A stretch of 64,000 nucleotides of DNA from Octopus sinensis (lineage: Eukaryota): NCBI RefSeq assembly GCF_006345805.1, contig NC_042997.1, forward strand, positions 20,336,001-20,400,000. The letters run 5' to 3'. The position numbers and the translations under genes are program-made. The first letter of the stretch is position 1. Every line of letters starts with the position of its first letter. Of the stretch, positions 11,621 through 24,110 are shown piece after piece. The notes beneath the pieces were generated by a model. It was not told the DNA's origin, did no database searches, and saw only the letters and a list, made by a program, of their open reading frames with translations.

Positions 11621-12984
11621 GGGATATGATGCAACATATGTATGTAAGCATGTATGTATGTATGTATGTATGTATACACAATACATCCTCTTAATCATAT
11701 ACATATGCCCCCTCGCATAAATATATATATATATATATATATGCAATATATAAATGTATGTATATATATATATATATATAATACACACATACACGTTCTT
11801 TATGAGATATGGCATTCTGAGATCAGTCTCCACATGTCTTCTTTAATCTACTTCTGCAGGTTCTTCCCAAATGAAGCTTTTGGAAATGCTTTACCCAACA
11901 GTCATCTTTCATGTCTACACCAATGTGTTTCCTTTCTTGCACACAACACAGCTCATTACTTTTACACCTGTTATTTTGGGTTTTTTCAAAAATTCCTGTT
12001 CATTCTAGCTTTTCATCACTTTTAGCTTTATTTGTCCATTGCACATTCGTCCATGCATCCATGTATGACAAGGCATATTCCTGAATCTTCTCTTACTCAA
12101 CCTGTCCCACTGTCCTCATCATCCAGTGACTCCCATTAGACCATGCCAGTACTCTCTCTTCTAGTCCTTTCCTGCTATTACTCCCTAACCATGCCTCTCT
12201 TACTCTCACCCCTAGCAAATTTCTCTCTTCATACTGCAATTTCGTCTATGCTCAACATGCCCTCTTCTAATCTCCTTCTTAGTTGCGGAGTTCTTTAAAT
12301 TTATGAGTTACAAGGTGACCTCATGAAAGCTGATGTCATGCGAAATGTGGCCTGCACACTCTGTAAAGTGGTTAGTGATAGGAAGTACGTCCAGTTGTAT
12401 AAATCATGCAAAACTGAAATAGTACAGCCACATGTGGTTCCCTCACACATTTGATCCTTCAAACCATCCCAAACCTACCAGTATTATAAGTGGATGTAAA
12501 ATAACGATGATGAGGAGGAGGAGAATGACGACGACGACTATACACACACACAAACACTCATGCACACACATATAGCCTTTTATTGAAACTGAAGCTCAGA
12601 GTTTGTCTACTTGAGTTTCAGACGACTGTGATCATCAGGTGAGAAACAGTCACAACTTGTTATTGAGGTTGTAGTTATATCCTTTGGTGTGTAGTCTAGT
12701 GCTTCTGTTTGTTTATTAGTTTGCTTCTGGAGTTTTTAACTGGGTGGTGGCTTCCTGGCCTTTTCAATGGTTGTTTGTATTATTTTAGTGCATGCATGTT
12801 TGGGTGTATATGTTGAGAAATACATGTGTTTAGGCTAAGAAAGGCTGTTTATGAATGAATTGTTTTTACAAAAGTAGCAAAGGACATATCTATTGTGAGT
12901 AGCTATATCCATAATGGATGGTGCTTTTCATGACAGTGATTTTAGGGAATTGTTTAGATCCCCTGCTACCCACCACTCATCCAG

Positions 12985-13312
12985 GACTTCCTCTAATGGC
13001 CCTATTTACAGTATTGTTCCACCACCATGTTACCCTAGGTCTGGAAGGGACTTTGCACTAGTCTGTGGCACTCAGCAAGCTGTCTCGCAGGAATTCCCAG
13101 CTACCTTCTATATCACAGGACTGTAGCTCCTCCTCCCTCTCATCAAATTTCTTGGTAAGGATATCTCTAAATCTCTGACTATGTGTAGGGTTCTTAAGCT
13201 TCCAAGTCCTTCTTTTCCAGATTGGTCTGCTTTTTAGCATCCTTCTGGCCTCGCGTCTAAAATCACTAGTAACTAGTCTATGCTGGGGGATACATTCTTC
13301 ATGATCCGGGAG
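12985..13312 (-). mobile_element. RTE LINE fragment (end of APE endonuclease and linker)
   Basis: ECIPQHRLVTSDF...WEFLRDSLLSATD...PRVTWWWNNTVNRAIR. Confidence 0.8.
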
Positions 13313-13314
13313 CC

Positions 13315-14084
13315 CCCCACCCCAGATTATCACAGATTCTCTTCCATATTTAACAGTTGGAAGAAGGCAGTCTGGGTCAAATGCTTCTTTTGGCTGTCTC
13401 CACACGTATACTTGGCAGGTGGTCAGAAATAAGGTAAATGATGACTCGTCTGAGAAAATAACATTCTTCCACTGCTCTAGGGACCAATTCTTTAGAATTT
13501 TATGCCACTCTATATGCTTTGCAATGTTTGTTTTTGAAAGTAGCGGTTTTCTGATTGCAGCCCTCCTGTGAAATCCAGCTTTGTGCAGCTCCTGGTGAAC
13601 AGTTTTTGTGGAAAGTGTGTTCTCGAGTTGGACATTAAGCTCTGCAGTAATTTTAAGAGCTGTACTTTTGTGATCCTTTTTAACAATTCATGTAAGAATC
13701 CAACAGTCCTTGTCTGAAAGTTTTGGTTTTCTTTCCTTATCTGAAAGTTTTAGAGTTTTGTTTCAACAAGGAGATTTTTCCCCTCTTTCTCAAAGGCTGT
13801 CATTACTTCGAGACAGTACTTATTGATACACCAAACATTTTGGCTGTTTTTGTTATGCATAAAATCACCAACAATTTGACCTCTTTGAAAGTCCAATAGA
13901 TCTGTCATTTTAATGAATTTTAATTACCTTTTTCTGATGATATCGGAAAAGAAACAGTAATTTTAGCAAAACATTTAAGCAACACAAAAAACATAAAAAT
14001 AAACATACTTTTGACAGTTTTATAAATATTTCAAAATTATGATGCTATGATGCTAGGTGCTTCTGTTATTTTGTTTAATGCCTG
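13315..14084 (-). mobile_element. Tc1-like DNA transposon, 5' half (one TIR + transposase N-terminus)
   Basis: ATG at 13908: MTDLLDFQRGQIVG...KPLLSKTN...VIFSDESSF...VWRQPKEAFDPDCLLPTVKYGRESVIIWGG; TIR-like TA|CAGGCATTAAACAAAATAACAGAAGCACCT. Confidence 0.85.
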
Positions 14085-14475
14085 TACCTTTCAATGTGCC
14101 TATATTTACAGTGCCAACTCTGCAAACTGGGAAAGATATATGGGAGTTAACGGAGGAAGGAGAGATGTTATTCAGCATCTGAAAAGAAGGTTTCCATGAT
14201 TGTGATTGTTTGGTGTACATATATAATATGTGTGTGTTTGTGTATGTATGTATGTATATTTATACATATCAAGCCTAATTATATTTATCTGCACAATTAC
14301 CTCTGTATCAGCTTACCTGGATTTTTCTTATAGTTATTCTTTACCCTGTGGGCTCAGTCCTCAATAAAAACTCTAGAGTGTAAGTTCAAATCATTTGAGC
14401 TCTACTATATGTTTTCTATGTTGAGCATTTCAAGATCTCACTTATTGACTCTGTGTCAGTATGTGTGTGTGTATA

Positions 14476-15712
14476 TCAAGTTGAGTAAAATGTAAGCAAT
14501 GCTTTGAACCATGAAAAGTTTTGAATTCTGTTAAAACATTTTTTTCCATCTGATAATACAGACATAGACTTGTCAAATGCATCAATAAATTAACATTGAT
14601 AATTTTTCTCCATTGTTACAATCATTTGAAATGGAACTGTCAAAGCATGATATTCAAGCAATTTTGCTATTCAACTTCAATAAAGAATGTTAAGCAGTTG
14701 AAACTGCTCATAATCCCAGCAAAATGTTTGGTGAGGAAATAACCAGTGAGTGGTCAACTCGAAAATGGTTTAAATGATTTCCCAATGAAGACCTGAGCCT
14801 CAAATACTGTGAGCATAGTGGACGCTCATCTGTCATTGATGACAGTCAATTAAAGACCATCATTGAGAAAGATCCACATAAAACCACTTGAGAACTGGGA
14901 AAAGAACTTCAAGTTAGCCAGAAAACAATTATTTGCATGCAATCAGAAAATCAAAAAAATTCGACAAATGGGTACCACACGATTTGAATGAAAATCAGAA
15001 AATGCAAAGATATGAAATTTGCTTGTCACTTCTTCTCAGTAACTAGACTGATCCATTTCTTGACTGCATTGTAACTTCCAATGAAAAGTGGATTCTATCC
15101 AACAATAAAAAACGTTCTTTGCAGTGGTTGGACCAAAAGGAAAAACAGAAAATCTTCCTTAAATCTGAGCTCTTCAAAAAGAAGGTCATTGTGACTCTTT
15201 GGTGGTGTACTACTGGATTTATCCACTATAAATTCTTAAAACCCAGAAAAACCATTACTGTGGAAACATATTGCCATGAAATTGCCAAAACGGATGAAAA
15301 ATTGCTACTCCTCCATCCCAGACTGGTCAACAGAAGAGGGCCAATCATTCTTCATGACAATGCTCGTTTCACTAATGACACTCCAGAAGTTGAGAGAAAT
15401 TGGCTACAAAGTTCTTCCCCACCCAGCTTATTCTCCAGACTTTTCTCCTGCTGTCTACCACTTTTTCAAGATCCTTGATGGTTTCCAGCAAGAGAAAGAG
15501 TTCAAAAACCAAACCAATGCTGAAAGTGCATTCAAAGAATTCCTCAGCTCCAGAACTCCAGAATTTTATGTGACCAGAATAAACAAACTTGTAGCTCATT
15601 GGCAAAAATGTGCTGATTATAATGGTACTTGCTTTGATGAATAAAATTTCCGCACTGTTGAAACATATTGTGATGAATTTCATGCTTTGAAATGTTTTTT
15701 TACTCAGCTTGA
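14476..15712 (+). mobile_element. Full-length decayed mariner transposon (~1.24 kb)
   Basis: TIRs TCAAGTTGAGTAAAA / TTTTACTCAGCTTGA with TA on both sides; KWVPHDL, TSNEKW, LHDNAR and HPAYSPDFSP motifs with stops and frameshifts. Confidence 0.93.
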
Positions 15713-16084
15713 TAAATATATACACACACATACACATATATAAATTTCCTCCTCTTCCCCTTTTGCATTCATGTGAACTCCTCACTCATGCATCCTGTAC
15801 AATCCCCTATCATCCCATTTATATTCACTTCCTCATACCATTTCTCTTGCTCCTTCTTGCTCTCTCTCATTCTTGTTCTTTTTCTCACATTTTCTCTACA
15901 TGACTCATTTTCTTTCTTGCTATCTCCCACTGACTGAGGTAACCAGCGAGATACCTGTTTCTGTCTCTCAACCATGCACTAAGCTTTTGTCACCTGGATC
16001 AAATCCACCTTCTTTGATACCCAACTCCAGCTGCCCTTCATAGGATCTTTGTCCTGCAAGTTTCTTGGTGTCATTTTTGGTGCT

Positions 16085-16240
16085 GATGCCATGTAAAAAG
16101 CATCCAGTCCACTCTGTAATGTGGTTGGCATTAGGAAGGGCATCCAACTATACCAAAACAAAGAAGTGGAGCTGTCAAACCATCCAACCCATGCCAGCAT
16201 GGAAGACAGGCCTTAAATGACGGTGATGATGATCATCTTT
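16085..16240 (+). mobile_element. RTE 3'-UTR remnant ending in (GAT)n
   Basis: ttggcattaggaagggcatcc...ccaacccatgccagcatgg matches the 3' end of the RTE at 62170-63470. Similar remnants at ~1470, 7330, 12350, 39560, 42168, 55215, 56880 and 63540. Confidence 0.75.
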
Positions 16241-17204
16241 ACATGCTATTATTTATAGCTTTATCTGCTTCAATTTACTCCATTCTAAACAAGATATATT
16301 TCAAACTCTCTCAAACTTTCTAAATTCTCATAACATCACCAATATCCCCACCATGCACATATATTGTGTATATGTGCGTTCACAAGTTTATAGATGTGTA
16401 TATATGTTTGTGGATGTTTTATTATGGTGTGGTGTGATTTGTAAAATCTGTTCAGCAGTGTGCCATATTAATGCATTAATATGTGATATCCATGATGCAT
16501 ACAAAGATATTCAAACATTTTTCCTTCACTTTCTACTCTTTATAAAATAATTTGGTTTATGCTCATGACATTTTTGTATGACAATTTTCCGCATATATGC
16601 ACTAATGTGATTTTACGGATGTTGATTTGTCAAGATATGAGTTTGAATTTTAAAGATGAACATGTATATATGCATATGATAAAAACATGTATGGTGGTGG
16701 TGGGGGAGTTGTGTGTAACTGAATACATCAATGGTGCAGGGTAGAGTGCATTCTCTTCACTTGCAGCTTGTCTTGCATCATAAAATTAATATCATAAGTA
16801 GACAACCATATTTTATCAAAGTAAACATTTAAAGTAGAAACACATATTTAGGGCAATAACAGAGGCCATATGTAGAGTGCTTGTCCTTGCTTTTGCTTAT
16901 AACATATAATGATTTTTATATATTTTAGCTTATGCTGTCATAAGTTAGTGATGTACTGCATGTTAGAATATATGGAAAAAGAAAAGTGAATGCATATGCA
17001 TAAACATGCTTTTAGCTGTATTAATCTAAAATATAACATTTTTTTATATATTGATGAATATGATGCAAGCACACCATAGATAATTCAAGAATTATTTGAA
17101 ATAAACTATGTTCATCATAAATTTAATGAAGTTTAATATCATTATGCAGGTAACTGATTACTAGTGAAACTGGCTATTGTAATCAGTTAATCTTAGCTTT
17201 GAAT

Positions 17205-18290
17205 GAAAGACTGGATTTTTGTCTTGACCCAAGAAACTCTAAGGCTGAGTGATTCTGCTTCCTTGCTTAGTGAAAGGAGAGTGCCCCTTAAGACGTCCAG
17301 AGACTCAGTAAGAATAATCCAGGTCAGTAATCCTAGTTTCCCCAATGAGTGCTGCACAACTTAATCAATCCAACAACAGCTGGCTATGCACCTAATCCAT
17401 ATAGATGCTGAACAGAGTGGGAGTCAAAACGAAACCCTGACAGACCCCCAGATCTAACTGGAAAGAAGTCAGATGCTGATTCCCCAATCTGTACTGAGCT
17501 CACTGTTCCAGTAGACAAGGCTGCCATCAGCCCAACCAGTCACACTTTTGACTCATGTACAGGGGAATTGCTATGTTTAAAGGAGCAAAGCCACCCCATT
17601 AATGTGCTGGAGTCTTAGACTCTGATGGAATCTCCTAATGGAGGAGCCCAAGGTGGTGGCCCACTGGGCATTGTACTTTAAAGAGTTGTATAAAGTGAAC
17701 CCACTAAGTACTGTTCTGAATATTATGATGACTTCAGTGCTAGTGACCGACCTGCCAGTCCAGAGTCAGCTGTAATTCACCATTTGAAGATGAGATCTAT
17801 ATGGCAGTAAAGCAATTAAAAGGCAAGAATGTAGCTGGTGTGTGTGGCATCCATAGAGAGATGGTTGAGAAAGCTGGGTTTACTGTAGTCTTGTTCTTGT
17901 GGCAGATCATCTGTTCAATTTGGAACAGTGGCACCATGTTACCTGATTGGAAGAAGGGCTTGATTATCCCTCTCTGAAAAGATAAAGGTAACTGCCACAG
18001 AAGCAACAACTATAGGGCTTTTGTTCTCCTTTCAATGCTCATTAAAGTTTTTGCTAGGGTTATTCTCAACAGAGTGCAAAAACCATCAGCTTGCCTTCCA
18101 GCAGCCTGAACAGTTGTAGTTCATGTCAAAGAAGTCAGCTATTGACAGGACCCTGGTTCTCTGAGTACTTTCTGAATGCTGGCAGAGTTTTTAGATGTTT
18201 GCAGCTTATGTTGAACTCTGCAAGGTATTTGACACTATGGATAAAGATGTCCTCCAGAAGTTTTGGGAGCTGTGAGATATACTTCCCCAG
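17205..18290. mobile_element. RTE RT fragment with internal inversion
   Basis: + strand 17600-18290 carries RT domains 0-3 (PDWKKGLIIP, NNYR, AAYVELCKVFD). Minus strand 17205-17545 carries the continuation (LMAAL...GVCQG-like, ITDLDY, LRVSWVKTKIQ). Confidence 0.7.
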
Positions 18291-19453
18291 ATGGTTGGTT
18301 GGTTGGTTGGTCAGTCTGTTGGTGCCCTTGTATATTGGAACAGTATATCTAGTGAAGAAAAAAATATGCACTGAATGCCCTAAGGATAAGTATTGAGCAT
18401 GGTCTTTTGTTGACAAGCTATTTGATGTGGTGACAAAAAAACCTCAGAAAAGTAACTAGCAATGATCAAAAAGGTATGAAATAAAAAGTAGCAATCTAAA
18501 TATAAAGATGAAATTCATTGGTAGAAACAGAATTCCAGATGGAGAGTGTCAATAATGATAAGCACCACCTTAACAGAATAATATTTAGGGAGTGACCATT
18601 CCCTAAAATGATAGACACAAACAAATGAACGCACTGTAATATATACAAAGCCAAACTTGAAATGCCAAAGAAATACCTTGCATGAAGATTGCAGTGACAT
18701 GAAACTAATGTTGTGAGAAATGTTTAAATGAACAATATACTCTACACCATGTATTGAGTGCAGTGCTGTGTTCCTCTTTCATTGATTAAGTATAAACTTT
18801 TAATGTATGCACATACACACGCGCTCACGCACAGACACACAGACACACACACAGGGCTCTATTTCAAAGATTTATCCCTAGGCCTCACTTTTGTTCTCAC
18901 TTGTATGTGAAATTCAGCTTATTTTACTGAAAATTGTAAACAGGCACAAAATATGTCATTTTCCTTCATTTATTCCAGTCATTAGAAATTCATATTTCTA
19001 CATTATAAATGTGCTTTGTAAACAGAACTTTACGAAAGAAACCTCCTAGAAAACAAAATAAACTTATAATGCACATCATAGTAAATGCACAAGAAATGAA
19101 AGCAGATTTTAAAAACTAATACATTAATATATCAAATCTATTTATGTACAGGAATATGAATTTTAATGCCTAAAAGCTGAAAAACAAAAATTTAAGATGT
19201 TTTAATGAGTTTTAAGAAAGGCATCAATGAATTTGAATGAGAATATTTTCAATACATACTGCATATTCATGGTTTCAATAAGTTCCAAGGAATTTGTTGT
19301 TCATTTTTTTTTATTTATATATAGTTCATGTTTTCAATTCTCTTGAAGAAATTTCTGTCATTTCTTTTGCTTAACACATTTGACGACTAAATCAAGCCAA
19401 TTTTTGTACATAAAAATTTTGCTTTCCATATATCATTCAACTACTAAACTTAC

Positions 19454-19543
19454 AGATATTTCATATATGTAGTGTTAGTCACTTGTGGATGTGGCAATGT
19501 AATAATTTGTAGTGATGTGGCTGTTACTATAATCATAATAAAT
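19454..19543 (-). CDS. Candidate internal exon (90 nt), FIMIIVTATSLQIITLPHPQVTNTTYMKY
   Basis: Acceptor ataatttgtag, donor gtaagt; one frame open across the exon (phase 2-2). Confidence 0.35.
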
Positions 19544-19704
19544 CTACAAATTATTACACTCCAAACCATATTGATCAAGCCACCCAAACATATATTATCA
19601 ATTATCAGTTATTATCCAGCTGACATTGGAGCACGATACAACCCATGGCTCATCAGATCTTCTCAGACTATCCAACTCATGCCGGCATATAAAATGGACG
19701 TTAA

Positions 19705-19922
19705 CCTTTTTGATACCATTCTACCTGGGGCTGCCTCTGGTTCTTTGATACAAACATCCTATTTCAACATGATCTTGATTAAAACCCTTCATCAAAACGC
19801 CATGTTGATCTGTTCTAAACACTAGCTTAATAACAGTAAAATTATTTTACTAAACTCTTTATTATTTTCAGAATTAATTGAAACAAACAGTGTATTCCAA
19901 AGAAAATATGGTAACAAAAGGG
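19705..19922. mobile_element. TTAA-type (piggyBac-like) MITE
   Basis: TTAA|cctttttgatacc ... ggtaacaaaaggg|TTAA. Confidence 0.75.
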
Positions 19923-21051
19923 TTAAATAACGATAGTGAATTGTAATATCTAATACTTATAGCAGTGTCACTAATAACAGAGTTATGTGACATGTGAAGG
20001 GTTTATCTTTTTCGGGAAATTTAAACTTCATTGTTAATAACCGTGCACACAGCTTAGGAAAACTGAAAGGATTTTGAAAATGACTGATTTCCTGAATCAA
20101 ATAGTTGGTTCAATGCTGAATACTCAAAAGTTGTATAAATAATATAAAGATATATAATTCTATAAAGTTAATGCTTCCTGAGTATTTTAAAATGAATCTT
20201 ATATAATCTTAAGCAGTTGAAAGGCTAGTCATATTTATCATTGCCTAGAGATATTAACACCTCCGACAATGCTCCCTTACTTATTGCATCGATAATTACT
20301 CTATGATTTAATTTATAATGGTTTTATATCTTTAATATCCTTTCATAGAATATTAGAGAGATTTACCTCTTTATTCATAGTTGTGGTACACTAAAGATGA
20401 GAACTTTTGTTATTGAGTCTAGGCAACATTAATAAAATTACTTTACAGTAGACATTCAGCTAAAGCAACTAATATAGATCATAAATTGTAAATCTTAAAG
20501 AATTTATTGAAAACATAGTAGCATAGCATTGTATTCAACGATGCTTGATGCAATGTCTTCAAAGTGAGATTAAATGCATGACTCAGCACATCTTTTCTTC
20601 GGAGCACAGTCTCTATTGTCTAACAAGAAAGCAGTAAACATATGCAAAGAGGTCAAGATCAGGTCAGAGCAGAATAGTGTCTAACCTGCATTGATAGAGA
20701 GATATTGTGGATGTCCTTTACGACCAGCATATCTGGTATCTCCACAAAGCATACGCCACCTGCATTGCAACATTTGGTTACTTCAATCTGGGAGATGGGA
20801 TAAAAAGAAGCAATCTATGATGTGTTCAAGGTATGCATCAATTGGATTTTATCTATGTATTTGGTGGTGTGAGGAACATCACACAAGACAATATCAGAAT
20901 ATGAGTGTACTCAATTTGAATAAAAGTAAGCATATTGAATGGATTGAGATACAGACATATATGCTCACACACATGCACACACACACATACACACACACAC
21001 ACATAGATACGTACATACATACATACATACATACATACATACATACATTTA

Positions 21052-21285
21052 GGTGGTGAGCTGGCAGAAACGTTAGCACGCCAGGTGAAATGCTTAGCGC
21101 TATTTCGTCTGCCGTTATGTTCTGAGTTCAAATTCCACTGAGGTCAACTTTGCCTTTCATTCTTTCGAAGTCAATAAATTAAGTGCCAGTTATGTACTGG
21201 GGTCTATGTAATCGACTCACTCCCTTTGTCTGTCCTTGTTTGCCCCCCTATGTTTAGCCCCTTGTGGACAATAAAGAAATAAATA
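21052..21285 (+). mobile_element. SINE family 2
   Basis: ggtgagctggcagaaacgttagcacgcc...ttcaaattcc...tttagccccttgtggacaataaagaaataa; sits inside (TACA)n. Confidence 0.85.
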
Positions 21286-21300
21286 CATACATACATACAT

Positions 21301-21720
21301 AAAAGAGAATACCTGCGCTGAACTATTGAGAAATCTGCAGTTACTCTATCAAGATTACAAGTTCCGGTATATACTTGTAATTATTGGGGCCCTGAGATAT
21401 GTAATACACTACTTAGATATCAGTCTTGAGAAATTAGGCTTCATATCCAATCCATCACTGGAACTGTAAAAATCTGTAAAACTTTCCAGAAGTTTATCCT
21501 TTAAATATATGTGAGTATATCTAGATATACAACTATATGCATGAGGATACATACATAAAACAAAACATACAAATCTGCACATATGCATGCATACATACAT
21601 ACATACAAACAAAAATACCCTGTTGTTGATGTTGAAGTTCCAATGAAGGAGCCTTGGATCTAGGTTAGAAACTGGCTCTTTTTCTATTGGCAAGAAATCT
21701 TGAAATAAAACTGAACAATG
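21301..21720 (+). mobile_element. Very short 5'-truncated R4/Dong-like element, copy 2
   Basis: KENTCAELLRNLQLLYQDYKFRYILVIIGAL...KTFQKFIL*; 3' UTR, internal (TACA)n and 3' module all match copy 1. Confidence 0.8.
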
Positions 21721-22124
21721 ACAGACAGACAGAAAGATAGACAGACAGGCAGACAGACAGAAAGATAGACAGACAGGCAGACAGACAGAAAGACAGACAT
21801 ATGGTATTAGTTATGTTCAGCTATGGGATTATACATCTTTCTCTAATGGGTACTATTCCTTAAAACTATTGCTATTGATATAAGCCAGGGGAAAAATTTT
21901 AAAAAGTAACTGGTAAAAAGGAACTAGTTATCCTTTTTTCAATTTTTTTTATTGGAGAAGTGTGAAGTAGCACCTCTTAAATGGAAGGTCATAGCGGTAA
22001 TCAAGCAGAGACAGCTGAAACTCATCATATGGAATTGCTACAATATGCACCATGGCTGAGCAGGGAACATTTGGATTGAACCAAGATCTGTATTGATTCA
22101 ATAAAAGGGTTACTCTCTTTTACT

Positions 22125-22520
22125 CTTTTACTTGTTTCAATCATTTGACTGTGGCCATGCTGGAGCACCGCCTTTAGTCATGCAAATCAACCCTAGGACT
22201 TATTCTTTGTAAGCCTAGTACTTATTCTATCAGTCTCTTTTGCCAAACCGTTAAGTTATGGGGACGTAAACACACCAACATCAGTTATCAAGTGATGTTG
22301 GGGAGACAAACACTGACACACAAACATATACACGCACATATATATATATGTTTACATATATATGACAGGCTTCTTTCAGTTTCCAAATCCCCTCACAAGG
22401 CTTTGGTCGGCCCGAGGCAATAGTAGAAGACACTTGCCCAAGGTGCCATGCAATGGGACTGAACCCGGGACCATGTGGTTGGTAAGCAAGCTACTTACCA
22501 CACAACCACTCCTGCACCTA
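22125..22520 (-). mobile_element. SINE family 1
   Basis: Collinear with 46365-46780. Confidence 0.85.
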
Positions 22521-22599
22521 TGGTTATGGAATACCTTTCAATAGGCCACAGGAAAAGGATGTAGAATGACTGGAGTCTAAAATACCCTAATCAGAATCA

Positions 22600-24110
22600 C
22601 ACGGTAAATAAGTATTCACTTTGGTCAGTGAATGCTTCCTCACAGAGTGACGAATATATACTTCAACAGACATTGGAAGATATAGAAATCAGAGATATCT
22701 GCATTCAATACAACTATATCTCACAATGTTTTTGCAGTGCCAATACTAGCAATCGCATTTGGGATATTAGACTAGACACTTGAAAAAATGTGCAACTGTG
22801 ATATCAGGTCTAGGAAGATACTAACAATGCCTAGTAACTTCAGCATAAACAGTGACACTGGCATGATCTATGTTAAATGAAGGGAAGGAAGTAGAGGCAC
22901 AAGATAGGATCAGATGACCTTTGAGTGTCACACTATGTCAGCTCAACATCACCTACAGAATATCTGTTTCTTTATTACCCACAAGGGGCTAAACATAGAG
23001 GGAACAAACGCAGACAGACAAACGGATTAAGTCGATTACATCAATCCCAGTGAGTAACTGGTACTTAATTTATCGACCCTGAAAGGATGAAAGGCAAAGT
23101 AGAACTCGGCAGAATTTGAACTCAGAACGTAACAGCAGACGAAATACGGCTACACATTTCGCCCGGCGTGCTAACGATTCTGCCAGCTCACCTACAGAAT
23201 ATCAAAGAGAGAAACAAGTACACCACATATGTACTCAGCAGTGAAGGTAATAGCAACATGAGATTAGGTAAAAAAAAACTGTGCAAGCACTCTGAGTTTA
23301 CAGCTGCTGCATGTGAACCAAGAATGACTGGACTGACATACTTAAATAGTGGCTTAGAAAAGAAATACTCATCATATCACCAGAAAGTTATATATGATTA
23401 TATAAGCAGCAAACTAGAGAATATCAGTAGCATTGACAGGAATAGCAACCTTTCCTGGACTTGTTATAAGTACATCACATTTCTCTTAGAAGGTTAAACT
23501 TTTGACTACCCAAGAACAGGATGTATAATGCATCTAAACCTTTGTACTGTGATAGAAAGTGCTGATTGTTCCATATCAGTGGAAGATATCACTCATATTA
23601 CCAGTAGCTGTCTGACAATGTCTGCAAAATGCTATTTTCTCATGAGACATCAACATAATCTATAGTGCTGTACACAGGAAGGACTGTCCTGGTGACCATA
23701 CCAATGGCACATCAGAGCCAGAAAGTGTCCATATCTTTAAAAAAAAACAATACCCATGAAACATTCTAATAAAAACAGCAACTTGGTGTATGCTCAATAG
23801 GCCAGATATAGTTGTACAGGACAGGGAGCAAAATTGTGCACCATTGCCCAGTAGATGTGAATACCCCTTCAAAAATCAGGATAAAAAAGAACATCTGTGA
23901 AAAACTGATGAGAAATCTACAGATCTTATATCCAGGCTACTAATTCATTTGTTCCTATTGTCATAAGTGTACTGGGTTATATAATTACAGAACTGCACAG
24001 ATACCTAGAAATGCTTGAATTCTCCCAAAGAGAACAGAGCACACTTATTGGTATTCTCAGATGCAATTGATTAGAGGAATAGTGAAGTTTTGCAAAACAT
24101 TTCAGTGATT
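22600..24110 (+). mobile_element. Older R4/Dong-like RLE retrotransposon remnant, copy 3 (different subfamily)
   Basis: HNVFAVPILAIAFGILD...DIRSRKILTM, SVEDITHITSSC...MRH, NRPDIVV and LMRNLQILYPGY; many stops; interrupted by a SINE. Confidence 0.7.
22965..23187 (-). mobile_element. SINE family 2 with target-site duplication
   Basis: tcacctacagaatatc at 22949-22964 and 23188-23203; up to 5 bp of this may belong to the SINE 5' end. Confidence 0.9.

Noticed and set aside
12605-12645. Minus-strand CTGATGA...GAAA...GTA hammerhead-like string
   Set aside because: Stem I and the stem II closing pair do not form; at best a badly decayed relic.
21052-21180. tRNA genes at SINE heads (also 35100-35181, 45896-45970)
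   Set aside because: They have A/B-box-like motifs but no cloverleaf and continue into SINE bodies.
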